Shown: positions 21,018-31,489, counted from the first letter of the stretch. The stretch: 64,000 nucleotides of DNA from an uncultured delta proteobacterium (GCA_963749215.1 CAVVMA010000007.1:35034-99033), one strand, 5' to 3'. Notes: generated by a model from the sequence alone, not told the origin. Program-made: numbers and translations.

Positions 21018-22583
21018 TTACGCATTGAGGCGCCGGTAGATCGCCCTGTTCTGTTTGTAGAACTGTATGAACTCCTTGTACTGCCGATCGTAAACCGCGC
21101 GGTTGGCCGCGATCGGATTGTAGACTGCCGCGATCTTTACCAGCGCGGGTATGTCCTCGATCCTGATCTCGCCGAGCGCCGCAAACGCCGCCATCGCGGC
21201 GCCGACTGCGTTGGCGTTGCGCGGGTTGGCGACCTGCCGCACCGGGCATCCCAGGATGTCGGCCTGAATCTGGCACCACAGGTCCGACTGCGCGCCGCCG
21301 CCGATAAAGTTCAGATGCGCAAAGCGCCGGCCGATGAATTTCTCGACATGTCCCTTGAGCCAGCGTTGATTGAAGGCGACGCCCTCCATCACGGCGCGCA
21401 CATAATGCCCTCGCGTGGTGGCGGCTTTTTGATTGAAGAACGCGCTGCGCGTGGCGGGATCCTCCGAAGGCGCCAGCACGCCGTTGATCCAGGGCGTAAA
21501 GATGAGCCCGTCGCTTCCCGGCGCGACGCTCGCGGCGAGCCGGTTCAAGGCTTCATAAGCCTCGCCGGCCGGCGCGGTTCCATCGGGGAAAAAAAGCTCC
21601 TTCACGAACTCGAGGCAGCGGCCGGCCGTGCCCTGCTCGGCCGTGACCACGTAGCGGCCGGGCAGCGCGGCCGGCATGGTCGAGATCATATGGAGGGGGT
21701 CGGCCTTCTTCGCCGGCACGTGACAGCTCATCCACGAAGTCGTCCCGATGTAGAAATATCCTTCATAGTCGGCAACCGCGCCGGCGCCGATCGCCGCGGA
21801 ATGGCCGTCGCAGGATCCCATTACCACTTTGGTTTCGAGCCGCAGCCCGAGCTGATCCGCGACTTGCGCCTTGATCGGGCCGAGCACGGCGTCGACCGGA
21901 AGCAAATCCGGCAGCTTGGCGCGATCCATGCCGGCCAGGCGCAACAGTTCCGGCACGTAGCGGATATCGCGCGGATTCCGATTGTCGGTCAGCCAGTATG
22001 GGAAGATCGTTCCATAGGACGCCGCGAACCGGCCGCTGAGCCGCAGATTGAGGTAATCCATCGGCTCCAGGAACACGCGGGTGCGCGCATAGACCTCCGG
22101 GCGCTCATGCTTGAGAAAGAGCAGATGACCGAGACCGTCCATCCCCGACTGCACCGGCGCGCCGCCCGTCAGCCTGATCCACCTGACGAGCTTGGACAGG
22201 CCGTAGCCCTTGATCCTCGGCCATCCGTCTACGACGGCGCGGTTGTACCGCCCGCCGCGCGTGTCCATCCACGAGATCGCGTTGCCGAGCGCGTTGCCTT
22301 CAGCGTCGACGGGAACCGTAACGCTCCATTGCGTGGTGCAGGCGATCGCGACGACTTGCGCTGGCGGAATCGCCGCCTCGGCGAGTGCGGCGCCGGCGGC
22401 GCCGGTCACGGCACTCCACCATTCGGCGGGATCCTGCTCCGCGCCGCCGCCGGGAAGGAACATGGTCCGGATCGGCCGCATACCCGATGCGGCGATCTCG
22501 GCCCGATTCGACACCAGCACCGCCTTGGCGCTGCCGGAGCCCATGTCGATCGCGAGAACGTACTTGTCGCCGGCCGCCGCCAT
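21018..22583 (-). CDS. FGGY-family carbohydrate kinase (xylulokinase/glycerol-kinase-like)
   Basis: The N-terminus YVLAIDMGSGSAKAVL, the FGGY_N/FGGY_C architecture and the C-terminal GGGAQSDLWCQIQADILG. Confidence 0.85.
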   Translation of the reverse strand: MAAAGDKYVLAIDMGSGSAKAVLVSNRAEIAASGMRPIRTMFLPGGGAEQDPAEWWSAVTGAAGAALAEAAIPPAQVVAIACTTQWSVTVPVDAEGNALGNAISWMDTRGGRYNRAVVDGWPRIKGYGLSKLVRWIRLTGGAPVQSGMDGLGHLLFLKHERPEVYARTRVFLEPMDYLNLRLSGRFAASYGTIFPYWLTDNRNPRDIRYVPELLRLAGMDRAKLPDLLPVDAVLGPIKAQVADQLGLRLETKVVMGSCDGHSAAIGAGAVADYEGYFYIGTTSWMSCHVPAKKADPLHMISTMPAALPGRYVVTAEQGTAGRCLEFVKELFFPDGTAPAGEAYEALNRLAASVAPGSDGLIFTPWINGVLAPSEDPATRSAFFNQKAATTRGHYVRAVMEGVAFNQRWLKGHVEKFIGRRFAHLNFIGGGAQSDLWCQIQADILGCPVRQVANPRNANAVGAAMAAFAALGEIRIEDIPALVKIAAVYNPIAANRAVYDRQYKEFIQFYKQNRAIYRRLNA

Positions 22584-22639
22584 GCGATTTTCCTATCACA
22601 CCGGCGGCCGCAGCGCAGACCGTGCGTGGGGTCTCCGGA

Positions 22640-24559
22640 CTACTGGGCGACTCCCCTCAGCTTGATTTTCTGCGGGCTGCCGGCGGCATCGTCGGTGATC
22701 ACGAGGGTCGAGGAGTACACGCCGCGCTGTGTCGGGATAAACGCAACTTCGAGCGCGCAATGGCTCCTGGCTGGAATCGTACCGACACAACCGTTGGCCG
22801 CGATCAGCGGTTTGAACTCGTTGGTGTCTCTGGTCACCTGGATGCTGGTGACTGTGACTGGTACCGGGTTGCTATTTGTGAACCTGACAGTCTTGAAGGT
22901 CACGTGATTGACCGCGAGCGAGCCGAAGTTCACGGTCGCGGCGGAATACGTCAGTGCGCCGAGCTTGCCCATCCCGCTGAGCGCCACGACTATCGGCTTC
23001 CCCTTGGTCGCGTTGGTGGCGACGGCCAACGAGCCGGTTCGTTTTCCGGTCTTGGTTGGCGTGAAGGTCACCGCCACCTTGCAGGTGGCGCCCGACGCCA
23101 GGATCGCCGCGCAAGTGGTCTTATGACTGTTGACGGCGAAGTCACCCATCATCATGTATCCCTCGAGAGCGACGGGAGCCTTTTTCTTTGTCCTGGGATT
23201 TGAGATCGAGACCATCATTGGCGCGCTGGTGCCTGCATTGCTGCCAATCAGGATTTGTTTGGGAAACTTCAGATGCGCCGGACCGAAGCTGAGCGCTACC
23301 GACGCCGGCGACGGCGACGCGGTCGCTATAGGGCTGGCGGTTGGCGAAGACGAAGGAGTCGGAGTCGCAACGGGGGTGGGAGTGGCAGGCGGAGGAAGCG
23401 GCTGCTCGGTTCCCCCCGCGATTATGACGTCGCCGCTGCCCAGAATCGAAGCGGCATGATACACGTGCGGCGAGCTCATCGCGCCGTCGGCGGTAAACAC
23501 CGTCTGCACCGGATCGTAGAGTTCGGCGCTCGCGAGCGCGTTGTCGGCGGCGTCGATTCCGCCCGCGATCAATACTGTACCGTCGTCCAGCAACGTGGCG
23601 GTGTGCATCGAGCGCGCGGTGATCATGCTCGCGCCGGCGCTGAAGTTGCCCCCAGCGGGATCGTAGCTCTCGGCCCCGAAAATCGCGCTGCCGTTGCTGT
23701 CGGTGCCGCCGACGATCAGGACGGTGCCGTCGTTGAGCAAGGTCGCGGTGTGGCCCGTGCGTGCGGTAATCATCGAGCCGGCGGAAGAGAAGCTTGCGCT
23801 CGCGGGGTCATAGAGTTCGGCTGCGCCGATCGGATTGCCGCCGGCGTCGATACCGCCGGTGATCAGCACTGAGCCGTCGCCGAGCAGCGTGGCCGTGTGA
23901 CCGGAGCGAGGCGTGATCATTGCCCCAGCCTGGGAAAAACCCCCGGCTTGCGCGCTGTAGATCTCGGCGGCGGCTACCGGGCCGGCGGCTCCAATTCCTC
24001 CGGCGATAAGCACGGTGCCGTCCTGCAATTCAGTCGCAGAATGACCGCTGCGCGCATGGGCCATCGCGCCGGTCTGGCCGAAGCTCGCGGAGGACGCATC
24101 GTAAAGCTCAGCGGCGCTCAGCGGATTGCCGCCGGAATCGAGGCCGCCGGCGAACAGGACATCGCCGGTTCCGAGCAGCGTCGCAGTATGCTGTATGCGT
24201 GGAGAGATCATCGCGGCGGCCGCGGCGAAGGTCGCGCTGGACGGGTCGTATAGCTCGGCTTGCGCGATCGCGACGCCGTTGAGGTCCAGCCCGCCGGCCA
24301 CCAGCACGTCGCCGTTGCCGAGCAGCGTCGCGGTCGGACCGTAGCGATCGTCCACCAGGCTGCCGAGGCTGGTGAAGGTCGCGTTTTGCGCGACGTATAG
24401 CTGAGGGCTGGCGGAAGTCAGCGTCGCCGCACCAGTGATCGGGCGGACGAACGCGACCAGCGCAACCACCATGAGAACGGCGAGCGTCAGAACGCCGAGC
24501 AACGATCGGGCGATGGGCCGATCAGCGTGCCACATGACTTTGGCCTGCTGCCGTCCCAA
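22640..24559 (-). CDS. Kelch-repeat beta-propeller protein with an N-terminal membrane anchor, a Pro/Thr/Ser linker and tandem C-terminal Ig-like beta-sandwich domains
   Basis: At least six repeats of HTATLL.DG.VLIAGG / AELYDP.S..F (Kelch motif). The linker is PLPPPATPTPVATPTPSSSPTASP. The C-terminal domains carry conserved Cys pairs (choice-of-anchor-D/HYDIN-like). Confidence 0.75.
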   Translation of the reverse strand: MGRQQAKVMWHADRPIARSLLGVLTLAVLMVVALVAFVRPITGAATLTSASPQLYVAQNATFTSLGSLVDDRYGPTATLLGNGDVLVAGGLDLNGVAIAQAELYDPSSATFAAAAAMISPRIQHTATLLGTGDVLFAGGLDSGGNPLSAAELYDASSASFGQTGAMAHARSGHSATELQDGTVLIAGGIGAAGPVAAAEIYSAQAGGFSQAGAMITPRSGHTATLLGDGSVLITGGIDAGGNPIGAAELYDPASASFSSAGSMITARTGHTATLLNDGTVLIVGGTDSNGSAIFGAESYDPAGGNFSAGASMITARSMHTATLLDDGTVLIAGGIDAADNALASAELYDPVQTVFTADGAMSSPHVYHAASILGSGDVIIAGGTEQPLPPPATPTPVATPTPSSSPTASPIATASPSPASVALSFGPAHLKFPKQILIGSNAGTSAPMMVSISNPRTKKKAPVALEGYMMMGDFAVNSHKTTCAAILASGATCKVAVTFTPTKTGKRTGSLAVATNATKGKPIVVALSGMGKLGALTYSAATVNFGSLAVNHVTFKTVRFTNSNPVPVTVTSIQVTRDTNEFKPLIAANGCVGTIPARSHCALEVAFIPTQRGVYSSTLVITDDAAGSPQKIKLRGVAQ

Positions 24560-24607
24560 CTTGCCGCCCCCCGCGCCCGGGGAATCAGGTGAGTCGATAC
24601 TCCCCGC

Positions 24608-27478
24608 CTAGCGCAGAGTCACCACGCCGAACCCGGTCGGGAGCCCCTGCACCTGCATCGGTCTGGAAACCGTGGACACGCCGAGAGCGGTCAGCGTCTG
24701 GATCGAACGTACGGGCCGGCTGGGCGTGGCGCCAGCCTTGCGCAGCGAACCGAGCGTACCGGTAAGGGTGAACTTCACGGCGCCGCCGGGCGGCACGGTC
24801 AGCGGGTTCCTGAAAATGAAGGTCTGCGTAGCGCCGGGTTTCTTGACCATCGCAGTCTCGACCTGCCGATGAGGTGATTTGCCGACGACCTGACCGCTCA
24901 ACGTCAGGCGCGAGAAAATCGCCGCCTGACTCGAGGCTATCGTCACTTCGGAGAAACCCTCCGCGCTCCCGCTCAAATTGGTCACTTGAACGTCTCCGGC
25001 GTTGACCAGAGAACCGGGGCTGGCCGCCGCTTTCGCGAGCTTAGAAACCGAGACCAGAGCGCCCGCCGGGGCCGGACCGCTCGGCGGGTCGTAGAGCTCG
25101 GACGAGCTTGTGACGTTGAAGCTGTCGTCCGCGCCGCCCGAGAACAGCACCATCCCGTTCAGCAGCATCGTCGCCGCCTGCCCGAAGCGCGGGCTCAGCA
25201 TCAAGCCGGCGGCCGGCCTAAAGGAAGCCGTCTCCGGACTGTAGATCTCCGCTTCGTTGACCACCAGGTTGTTGTTGCCCTCACCGCCCGCTATCAGCAC
25301 TTCTCCGTCGGGCAGCAGGACCGCAGAATGGAAGTAGCGAGCCACCGCCATCCGGCCAACTGCGGTGAAGGTAAGCGTCGAGGGATTGAAGAGTTCGGCG
25401 GTGGGGGTCGCACCGTTGTTGTCGACGCCGCCGGCGATCAGCACCTGCCCGCTGTTCAGCAGCGTGGCGGTATGAAATTCACGCGCATCCGTCATGGTTG
25501 CGGACAGACTAGTGAAGGCATCTGCGACCGGATTGTAGCTTTCGGCGCTGTTGAGGATGTTGCCGTTGGTGTCGCGTCCGCCGGCAAGCAGTACCGGTCC
25601 GTCGAGCAATTGCGTCGCGGTATGAAACACGCGCGACGACGCCATCGTGCCGGCCGACGCACTGAAGATGCCGTTGGAGGGATTGAAGATGTCGGCGTTG
25701 TTGAGCACGCTTCCGTTCGAAGTCATTCCGCCCGCATAGAGCGCCATCCCGGTGATCAGCAGGACCGTCGAGGTGTGGCCGAGCCTCGGATGCGACATCT
25801 GGTTGAGCGAGAAACCTCCCAGTACGCCCTGCAAGATGGTGTTGGCAAAGGTGTCGTACAGGTCGGCGTCGGCGTGGACGTTCCCGGCGGCATCGACGCC
25901 GCCTGCGAACAGCACCCGCTGATCGTTGCACGCACAGCCGCCGTTGAGAAACTCGGGAAACAGCGTGGCAGTGTGGAACGATCGCTGGGTCGACAGGTTC
26001 GGCCCGGGCCTGAAGACTGTGCCGTCGTAGACCTCGGTGCTGGCCAGCGGGCCGAGGGCGTTCTGACCTCCGGCCACGATCGTCAATCCCGTGTACACGG
26101 TCGAGGCGGTGTGGAATTGACGCGCCGTTACCATCGCGCCGTTGGGCACGAAGAAACCCGGAGTCGGAGCGAGCAGCTCGGCTTCGTTGACGGCAAGCGG
26201 GCCCCCGGCTTGCGGGACTCCGCCTGCAATCAGCACCAGCCCGCTGGCGAGCAGATTGGCGGTGTGAAAGGCACGGGCCTGGCTCATCCGGGTTGCAAGC
26301 GCGCTGAAAGTCCCATTGCCGGGATCGTAGATATCGGCGCTGGCGAGCGAGTTGCCCGAATTGTCGACGCCTCCCACGAGCGCCACCGTACCGTCGCTTA
26401 AAAGGGTCGCCGTGTGATTCGCCCGCGGCGTCGTCATGATCGTGGCGCCCGAACCCGAACTGCCGGTCAGGGCGAACTGGCTGGTCGTGGGGTTATAGAT
26501 TTCGGCGGTCGGAACTACGTCGAATCCGTCGTTGCCGCCGGCGATCAGCACCGTACCATCGTTGAGCAGTGCCGCGGTGTGGCCGAAGCGGACATCGCTC
26601 ATCAGCCCTCCGGACTTGAAGACCCCGGAGCCCGCGTTGGTCGGGTCTGCGGGCATGAACCGCTCGGAGGAGTTGGTTAAGAGCCCGCTGTTGTCCTCGC
26701 CGCCGACAACCAGCACCGAGCCGTCGCCGAGCAAGGTCGCCGTGTGGCCCATCCGGCTGTCATTCATGCTGGGGCTGCAGAGCGGAGGAGTCGCGCTCAC
26801 ACCGCCCACGCAGATGAACTGCGCTTGGGTGGGATCATAAATCTCGGCGGTGTTCACGATCGCGGTCGCGTCCTGCCCACCCGCGATCAGAACCTGTCCA
26901 TTGTCCAGCATCGTCGCGCTGTGCGACGCGCGGCTATCGTGTATCGCGCTGGCCAGCAGAGTCAGGGTCTGGGAAACGGGATCAAAGATCTCGGCCGAGT
27001 TCAGCACGTTGCCCTTGTTGTCGATGCCACCCGCGATCAACACGTTGCCATTGTCCATGAGTGTCGCGGTATGCAACCTACGGGCGGACGACATCAGGCC
27101 CACGAACGTGAACTGGCCGCTCGCCGGATCGTAGACCTCGACGCCCGACTGCGCGACGCCGTTGGGATCTTGACCTCCCGCGAAAAAAACCTTGCCGTTG
27201 GGAAGCAACGTCGCGGTCGCGTGAGCGCGCGCCTGCGCCATCGCGTTGGTGGCCACGAACAACGGTGACGGCTCGCCCGCTCCGCCTGCCACACCGGCGA
27301 TTAGCGCGGCTATCGAGACAGCGATCGCGAGCGGACGCAAATGTCGCAGTCGCGCTACGCGCTCGATCGCCGCGCCAAGGGGCGCGACACCTGCCTCACG
27401 CATGCCTCCCGCCGCCATCTTTCCGTCTCGATCCATGTCCCCGAAATACAGCTCTACCGGCCCCGATGATCTCCGCAC
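24608..27478 (-). CDS. Large Kelch-repeat beta-propeller protein (956 aa), a paralog of the neighbouring gene
   Basis: More than ten Kelch-type repeats (HTATLL.DGTVLIAGG, A/EIYDP..). It has an N-terminal signal/anchor and a distinct C-terminal beta-rich tail. Confidence 0.75.
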   Translation of the reverse strand: MRRSSGPVELYFGDMDRDGKMAAGGMREAGVAPLGAAIERVARLRHLRPLAIAVSIAALIAGVAGGAGEPSPLFVATNAMAQARAHATATLLPNGKVFFAGGQDPNGVAQSGVEVYDPASGQFTFVGLMSSARRLHTATLMDNGNVLIAGGIDNKGNVLNSAEIFDPVSQTLTLLASAIHDSRASHSATMLDNGQVLIAGGQDATAIVNTAEIYDPTQAQFICVGGVSATPPLCSPSMNDSRMGHTATLLGDGSVLVVGGEDNSGLLTNSSERFMPADPTNAGSGVFKSGGLMSDVRFGHTAALLNDGTVLIAGGNDGFDVVPTAEIYNPTTSQFALTGSSGSGATIMTTPRANHTATLLSDGTVALVGGVDNSGNSLASADIYDPGNGTFSALATRMSQARAFHTANLLASGLVLIAGGVPQAGGPLAVNEAELLAPTPGFFVPNGAMVTARQFHTASTVYTGLTIVAGGQNALGPLASTEVYDGTVFRPGPNLSTQRSFHTATLFPEFLNGGCACNDQRVLFAGGVDAAGNVHADADLYDTFANTILQGVLGGFSLNQMSHPRLGHTSTVLLITGMALYAGGMTSNGSVLNNADIFNPSNGIFSASAGTMASSRVFHTATQLLDGPVLLAGGRDTNGNILNSAESYNPVADAFTSLSATMTDAREFHTATLLNSGQVLIAGGVDNNGATPTAELFNPSTLTFTAVGRMAVARYFHSAVLLPDGEVLIAGGEGNNNLVVNEAEIYSPETASFRPAAGLMLSPRFGQAATMLLNGMVLFSGGADDSFNVTSSSELYDPPSGPAPAGALVSVSKLAKAAASPGSLVNAGDVQVTNLSGSAEGFSEVTIASSQAAIFSRLTLSGQVVGKSPHRQVETAMVKKPGATQTFIFRNPLTVPPGGAVKFTLTGTLGSLRKAGATPSRPVRSIQTLTALGVSTVSRPMQVQGLPTGFGVVTLR

Positions 27479-27796
27479 CGACCCATATTTTGTGGTCGCG
27501 AGTGGCCAACGAACGGCCAGATCGTGCTGCGATGGTGACGGGCAGAACTATCTCGAAATTGGCTGAAAATCAAGTTTACGCCAGCTTCATTAGCTTTATT
27601 TGGGTTAAGATGACTCTTCAGGGAGCCCCTGCGCCCGTTGGCTTACCGTACAAGCCCTCGATGTTTTCTCAACAGGTCTCCGTTTTCCGGCGAAACTAAA
27701 TCAGCAGTTAGACGAAACCGCCCGCAAGGCGTTCAATTCCCATCAAGCCTTGCTTCGCGTCTTGGTAACAAAGTTCTTCCAAGAGTTTTATGGGAC

Positions 27797-27825
27797 TTGT
27801 CAATTCGTGAACTCGTTTGTTATAT
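27797..27825 (+). promoter_or_regulatory. Putative sigma70 promoter (TTGTCA-N17-TTATAT) in the AT-rich divergent region, oriented toward the alpha/beta-hydrolase gene
   Basis: The hexamers have correct spacing. A 9-bp GC hairpin (CGGCGCCGG...CCGGCGCCG) follows in the 5' leader. Confidence 0.4.
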
Positions 27826-27940
27826 GACGCTTGTATACGCAGGCAGGAGGGAACTGGCGCCGGGTGCGGGCTTCCGGCGCCGACGTGTCGATGGCCGGTT
27901 ACGAACAAACTGCAACATTGTTGCACGCTGGTGACACCGC

Positions 27941-28774
27941 GTGATTCAAAGTCAGGTGATTGGTCCACCCCCGTCCGAGTCGCGCCCCAGGCGGCCCGGC
28001 GTCTTCGACATTCTCGGCGAGTTGCGGGTTCCGCTCGAACTGCTCGCCTTCCCGTTTCGCGCTCTGCGCCATCCCTGGCCGCGATGCACGAACGGCGACG
28101 GAAAGACCGTGATGATGATTCCCGGCTTTATGGCCGGAGACGTTTCGCTCAGACCGCTGGCGAGTTTCTGCGGATGGCTCGGTCATCGCACCGAGTTCGG
28201 CGGCATCTGGCAAAATGCCCGGTGTCCGCGCGCGACCATCGAGCAACTCACCGCCAGGTTGCGTGAGATCTCGGATCGCGAAGGCTCGCCGGTGGTGGTA
28301 GTCGGACAGAGCCTCGGCGGTGTCTACGCCCGCGAACTCGCCTGGCGCGATCCGGAGCGGATCGAGCGGGTCATAACGCTCGGCTCGCCGATCAATGCCC
28401 CGCGCGAATCGTGCCACAGAGCGGTGCGCGTGGTGGCCGACTCGATGGCCATGCTCAGGGGCCGGCGCGAGGGCTGCCTCACCGAATCGTGCTCGTGCGG
28501 CCTGGAGCTCGCCCGGCGCCGCACACAAACCGTGCCGGTCACGGTGGTCTATTCGCGCACCGACGGGATCGTCCACTGGGAGAGCTGTATCGATCGCAGC
28601 GGTTCCGCGATGATCGAGCATACCGAAGTGATGGGCAGCCACGTCGGGATGGCGATCAGCCCCGACGTCTTCCGCATCATCGCCGATCGGCTCGCGATGC
28701 CGCGCGCCGAATCGCGGCCGGTGATGAATCGGGTGCTGCGCCTGGTTCATCCTGTTCCGGCGCCGACGCGCTAG
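27941..28774 (+). CDS. Alpha/beta-hydrolase (lipase/esterase-like)
   Basis: The nucleophile elbow VVVGQSLGGVYA (GxSxG) and overall alpha/beta-hydrolase features. GTG start. It sits between the Kelch genes and the secreted protein. Confidence 0.7.
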   Translation: MIQSQVIGPPPSESRPRRPGVFDILGELRVPLELLAFPFRALRHPWPRCTNGDGKTVMMIPGFMAGDVSLRPLASFCGWLGHRTEFGGIWQNARCPRATIEQLTARLREISDREGSPVVVVGQSLGGVYARELAWRDPERIERVITLGSPINAPRESCHRAVRVVADSMAMLRGRREGCLTESCSCGLELARRRTQTVPVTVVYSRTDGIVHWESCIDRSGSAMIEHTEVMGSHVGMAISPDVFRIIADRLAMPRAESRPVMNRVLRLVHPVPAPTR

Positions 28775-28864
28775 ATCAACTTCGTTTCGTCCCTGTCTCT
28801 CTCCGCACGTTCCGAGCCTTGCCTAGGCGTAGTGTTTCTCTAACTATGTGTAGACACGAAGGGG

Positions 28865-30664
28865 GTGTCTGCGATGGGTTGGGGCGGGTACGGGTGCGGA
28901 CGCGACAAGCGTTTTCTGCGGGCGTCGGCTGCGTTTCTCCTCCTGACGCGGACGGCGCCCGCAGCCGCCTTCGGCGTGCAGAGCACAATCTGTCTCGCCG
29001 ATCATGATCGCTGCACCGACAGCGTGGTTCCGCAGGCCCACGGCCTGGACGAACCGTCGCTGGTTTTCTATTCGGACGCACCGGGTTCCGGCAACAGTCT
29101 CGCCTACCTGATCACGCTGCCGAAAGATCCGCCGGAGAGCGGCGGCCGGCTCGCGCCCGGCGCGGTGGTCAATTCACAGCTCTTCGAGTCCTTCTGGTTC
29201 GGGATGGCGCTGTGCGACTCGCAATCGGCGCCCGAGACCGCCACGCCCTGCGTCCCCGACAGCGACGCCAACATCTACGACAACCCCGATCCGGCCGCGC
29301 CCGACTATATCGGCAAGCACCCGGGCACAGCCTACATGGAGTTGCAATTCTATCCCCCGGGTACACCATTCAGCCTCGACAACCTGCACTGGGACGCCAC
29401 CCTGGCCATCTTCAGCGTCGGCTACGATCAGAACCACGGCGTCGCGAACAACCCCGACTGCGTGAGCAAGGTCGGGCTGGAGAGCGTGAATGCGGCTCAC
29501 GTCACCCGCAGCGGTGTTTCGGATCTGGCCGCCGGTCCGCTCGGCGCCGGCGCGGCCCGCGCCGACCCGAATTCCTACCTCGCGATGAACCCCGGCGACA
29601 CCGTAAGCCTCCTGATGCACGACACCAGCCAGGGCTTCCAGGCGATCGTGGTCGATTTAACCACCGGTGAGCGCGGCTCGATGACTGCCGGCGTCGCCAA
29701 TGGCTTTTCCCAGATCAGGTTCGATCCCGACAGCTCGACCTGCACTTCGCAGCCGTATTCGTTTCATCCGATGTACAGCACGGCCGGCCGGCACACGCGC
29801 GTGCCGTGGGCGGTACATTCATACAACCTCGGGTTTGTGGTAGAGATCGGCCAGTCGTTCCCGCCCGGCAGCCCCGGCAACCAGTTCGATTCGTATTCCT
29901 ACCTGCTCGACTGGCCCGGCACGGGACCGAATCCGGCCGCCGACCGCAGGATGCATCCGCAGCCGATTCGGATCACGAGCCCGCTCTCGTCGCCGCCCGG
30001 CGCGCTGTTGCGCAATTACCAGCAGGCCGCCTTCGAGGCCAACCTCCCCGGCCTGGAGAGTACCTGCGACGAAAGTACCAGCGCGGGATGCACGAACCCG
30101 CCCGATGGTGCGCTGTTCTATCCGATCTTTACTACCGGCACGATCGGCGCGCCCTCGGACAACGGATGTACCTGGCAATTCGGTGGAGGCACAATCCCCG
30201 GTACTACCGACATCTTCGGGGGTTGGTCTGCTACCGAGTATGTGAATCTACTCGAGCTTGACTATCCGGGATTCAGCTCGTTCGCGGATTTCAACCAGGT
30301 GCTCGATAACAATCCGTGCGCGATGCCCTTGAGCGAGATGCCGCGTCTGCATCCGCCCGCTGAGCTCAGGTTCCCGCCCGAGGAGATTGGCGCGACCAGC
30401 GCGCGCGAGCCGGTGGCTGTCACAAATCGCGACCGGTTGCCCGTTTTGCTCTCAAGTGTCGTGGCCGACGGCGACTTCACCGTGACTGATACGAACTGCG
30501 TCGACGCGCTGCCTCCGGGCTCGACCTGCTACGTGGACCTGACTTTCAGTCCGCAGCTCACGGGAACGCGCAGCGGATGGTTGACGATCAGCGACAACGC
30601 AATCAACTCGCCGCAGCGGGTGCGTTCTGACGGGAAGGGGAAAAGCGCCGACGGTCCCGGCTGA
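28865..30664 (+). CDS. Secreted hypothetical protein whose C-terminal Ig-like domain is shared with the Kelch proteins
   Basis: N-terminal signal-like LRASAAFLLLTRTAPAAAFG. The C-terminus LLSSVVADGDFTVTDTNCVDALPPGSTCYVDLTFSPQLTGTRSGWLTISDNA resembles the C-terminal domains of the 22640..24559 protein. The large central region has no recognised family. Confidence 0.6.
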   Translation: MSAMGWGGYGCGRDKRFLRASAAFLLLTRTAPAAAFGVQSTICLADHDRCTDSVVPQAHGLDEPSLVFYSDAPGSGNSLAYLITLPKDPPESGGRLAPGAVVNSQLFESFWFGMALCDSQSAPETATPCVPDSDANIYDNPDPAAPDYIGKHPGTAYMELQFYPPGTPFSLDNLHWDATLAIFSVGYDQNHGVANNPDCVSKVGLESVNAAHVTRSGVSDLAAGPLGAGAARADPNSYLAMNPGDTVSLLMHDTSQGFQAIVVDLTTGERGSMTAGVANGFSQIRFDPDSSTCTSQPYSFHPMYSTAGRHTRVPWAVHSYNLGFVVEIGQSFPPGSPGNQFDSYSYLLDWPGTGPNPAADRRMHPQPIRITSPLSSPPGALLRNYQQAAFEANLPGLESTCDESTSAGCTNPPDGALFYPIFTTGTIGAPSDNGCTWQFGGGTIPGTTDIFGGWSATEYVNLLELDYPGFSSFADFNQVLDNNPCAMPLSEMPRLHPPAELRFPPEEIGATSAREPVAVTNRDRLPVLLSSVVADGDFTVTDTNCVDALPPGSTCYVDLTFSPQLTGTRSGWLTISDNAINSPQRVRSDGKGKSADGPG

Positions 30665-30693
30665 CGGAGGGCGACGCTGAAGACGTGGGTCTC

Positions 30694-31458
30694 TCAGGGG
30701 GCGCGGCAGATGATCGCGAAGACGCGATGGAACACGTTTAGCGGGTCGGCAGAGAATCGCTCGCGCAGCAGGCTTTCCAGCGCGAGATCGATCTCGGCGA
30801 CGCGATCGGCGGTCAAGCTCGCGCCCACGCCGGCGCTGGCACGAATCCGCCCGCGCCACGCCTCGTGGCTGTAAGGAACGTCGAGGTCGACCGAGAAAGT
30901 TTCGCTATCGCGGAAGCCGGCGACCGCGACATCGCGAAGGAATTGGGCATGGATTCCGTTCCCGCCGCCGAACTTCCAGGCGGGGTTGTGACGCTCGATC
31001 AACTTCTCGGTCGCCTCGACCACGTTGCCGGGAAGCGGAATCCAGTCGAAGTACGCGATCACCAGCCGCCCCTGCGCGACCAGGATTCGCCGCGCCTCCG
31101 ACGCGGCACGCGGCCGATCGAACCAGTGCCAGCATTGCCCGGCCCCAACCACGTCGAAGCTCCGATCGCGAAAGGTGGTGTCCTCGGCCCGTCCGACAAG
31201 GTAGGTCGTGTCGAGTCCGGCTGTTCGATCGATCGCTCTCGCCTGCTCGAGAAGCTCGGTCGAAGGATCGAGCCCGGTCACTTCGCATCCGCGGCGCGCG
31301 AAGCCCCGGCCCAGCGTGCCGGTTCCGGTTCCGAGGTCGAGGACGCGCTCACCGCGCCGGCCGATTCCGAAGGCGGCCAGCCGCTCGAAAAGGACGTCAG
31401 GGAATCCGGCGCGATAAGCGGCGTAGTCGCCGGCAGTTTTGCCAAAGTCGATTTTCAT
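30694..31458 (-). CDS. Class I SAM-dependent methyltransferase
   Basis: Motif I VLDLGTGTGTLGRGFARRG and the Rossmann-fold MTase layout. Confidence 0.8.
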   Translation of the reverse strand: MKIDFGKTAGDYAAYRAGFPDVLFERLAAFGIGRRGERVLDLGTGTGTLGRGFARRGCEVTGLDPSTELLEQARAIDRTAGLDTTYLVGRAEDTTFRDRSFDVVGAGQCWHWFDRPRAASEARRILVAQGRLVIAYFDWIPLPGNVVEATEKLIERHNPAWKFGGGNGIHAQFLRDVAVAGFRDSETFSVDLDVPYSHEAWRGRIRASAGVGASLTADRVAEIDLALESLLRERFSADPLNVFHRVFAIICRAP

Positions 31459-31489
31459 TTGGCAATCGCGGTCTAGCCGAAGTGGATGC

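Noticed and set aside
22640-27478. Periodic repeats inside the Kelch genes as a possible CRISPR array or tandem DNA repeat
   Set aside because: The periodicity is at the protein-motif level: divergent DNA copies encoding Kelch blades inside continuous ORFs. There are no identical direct repeats with unique spacers anywhere in the window.
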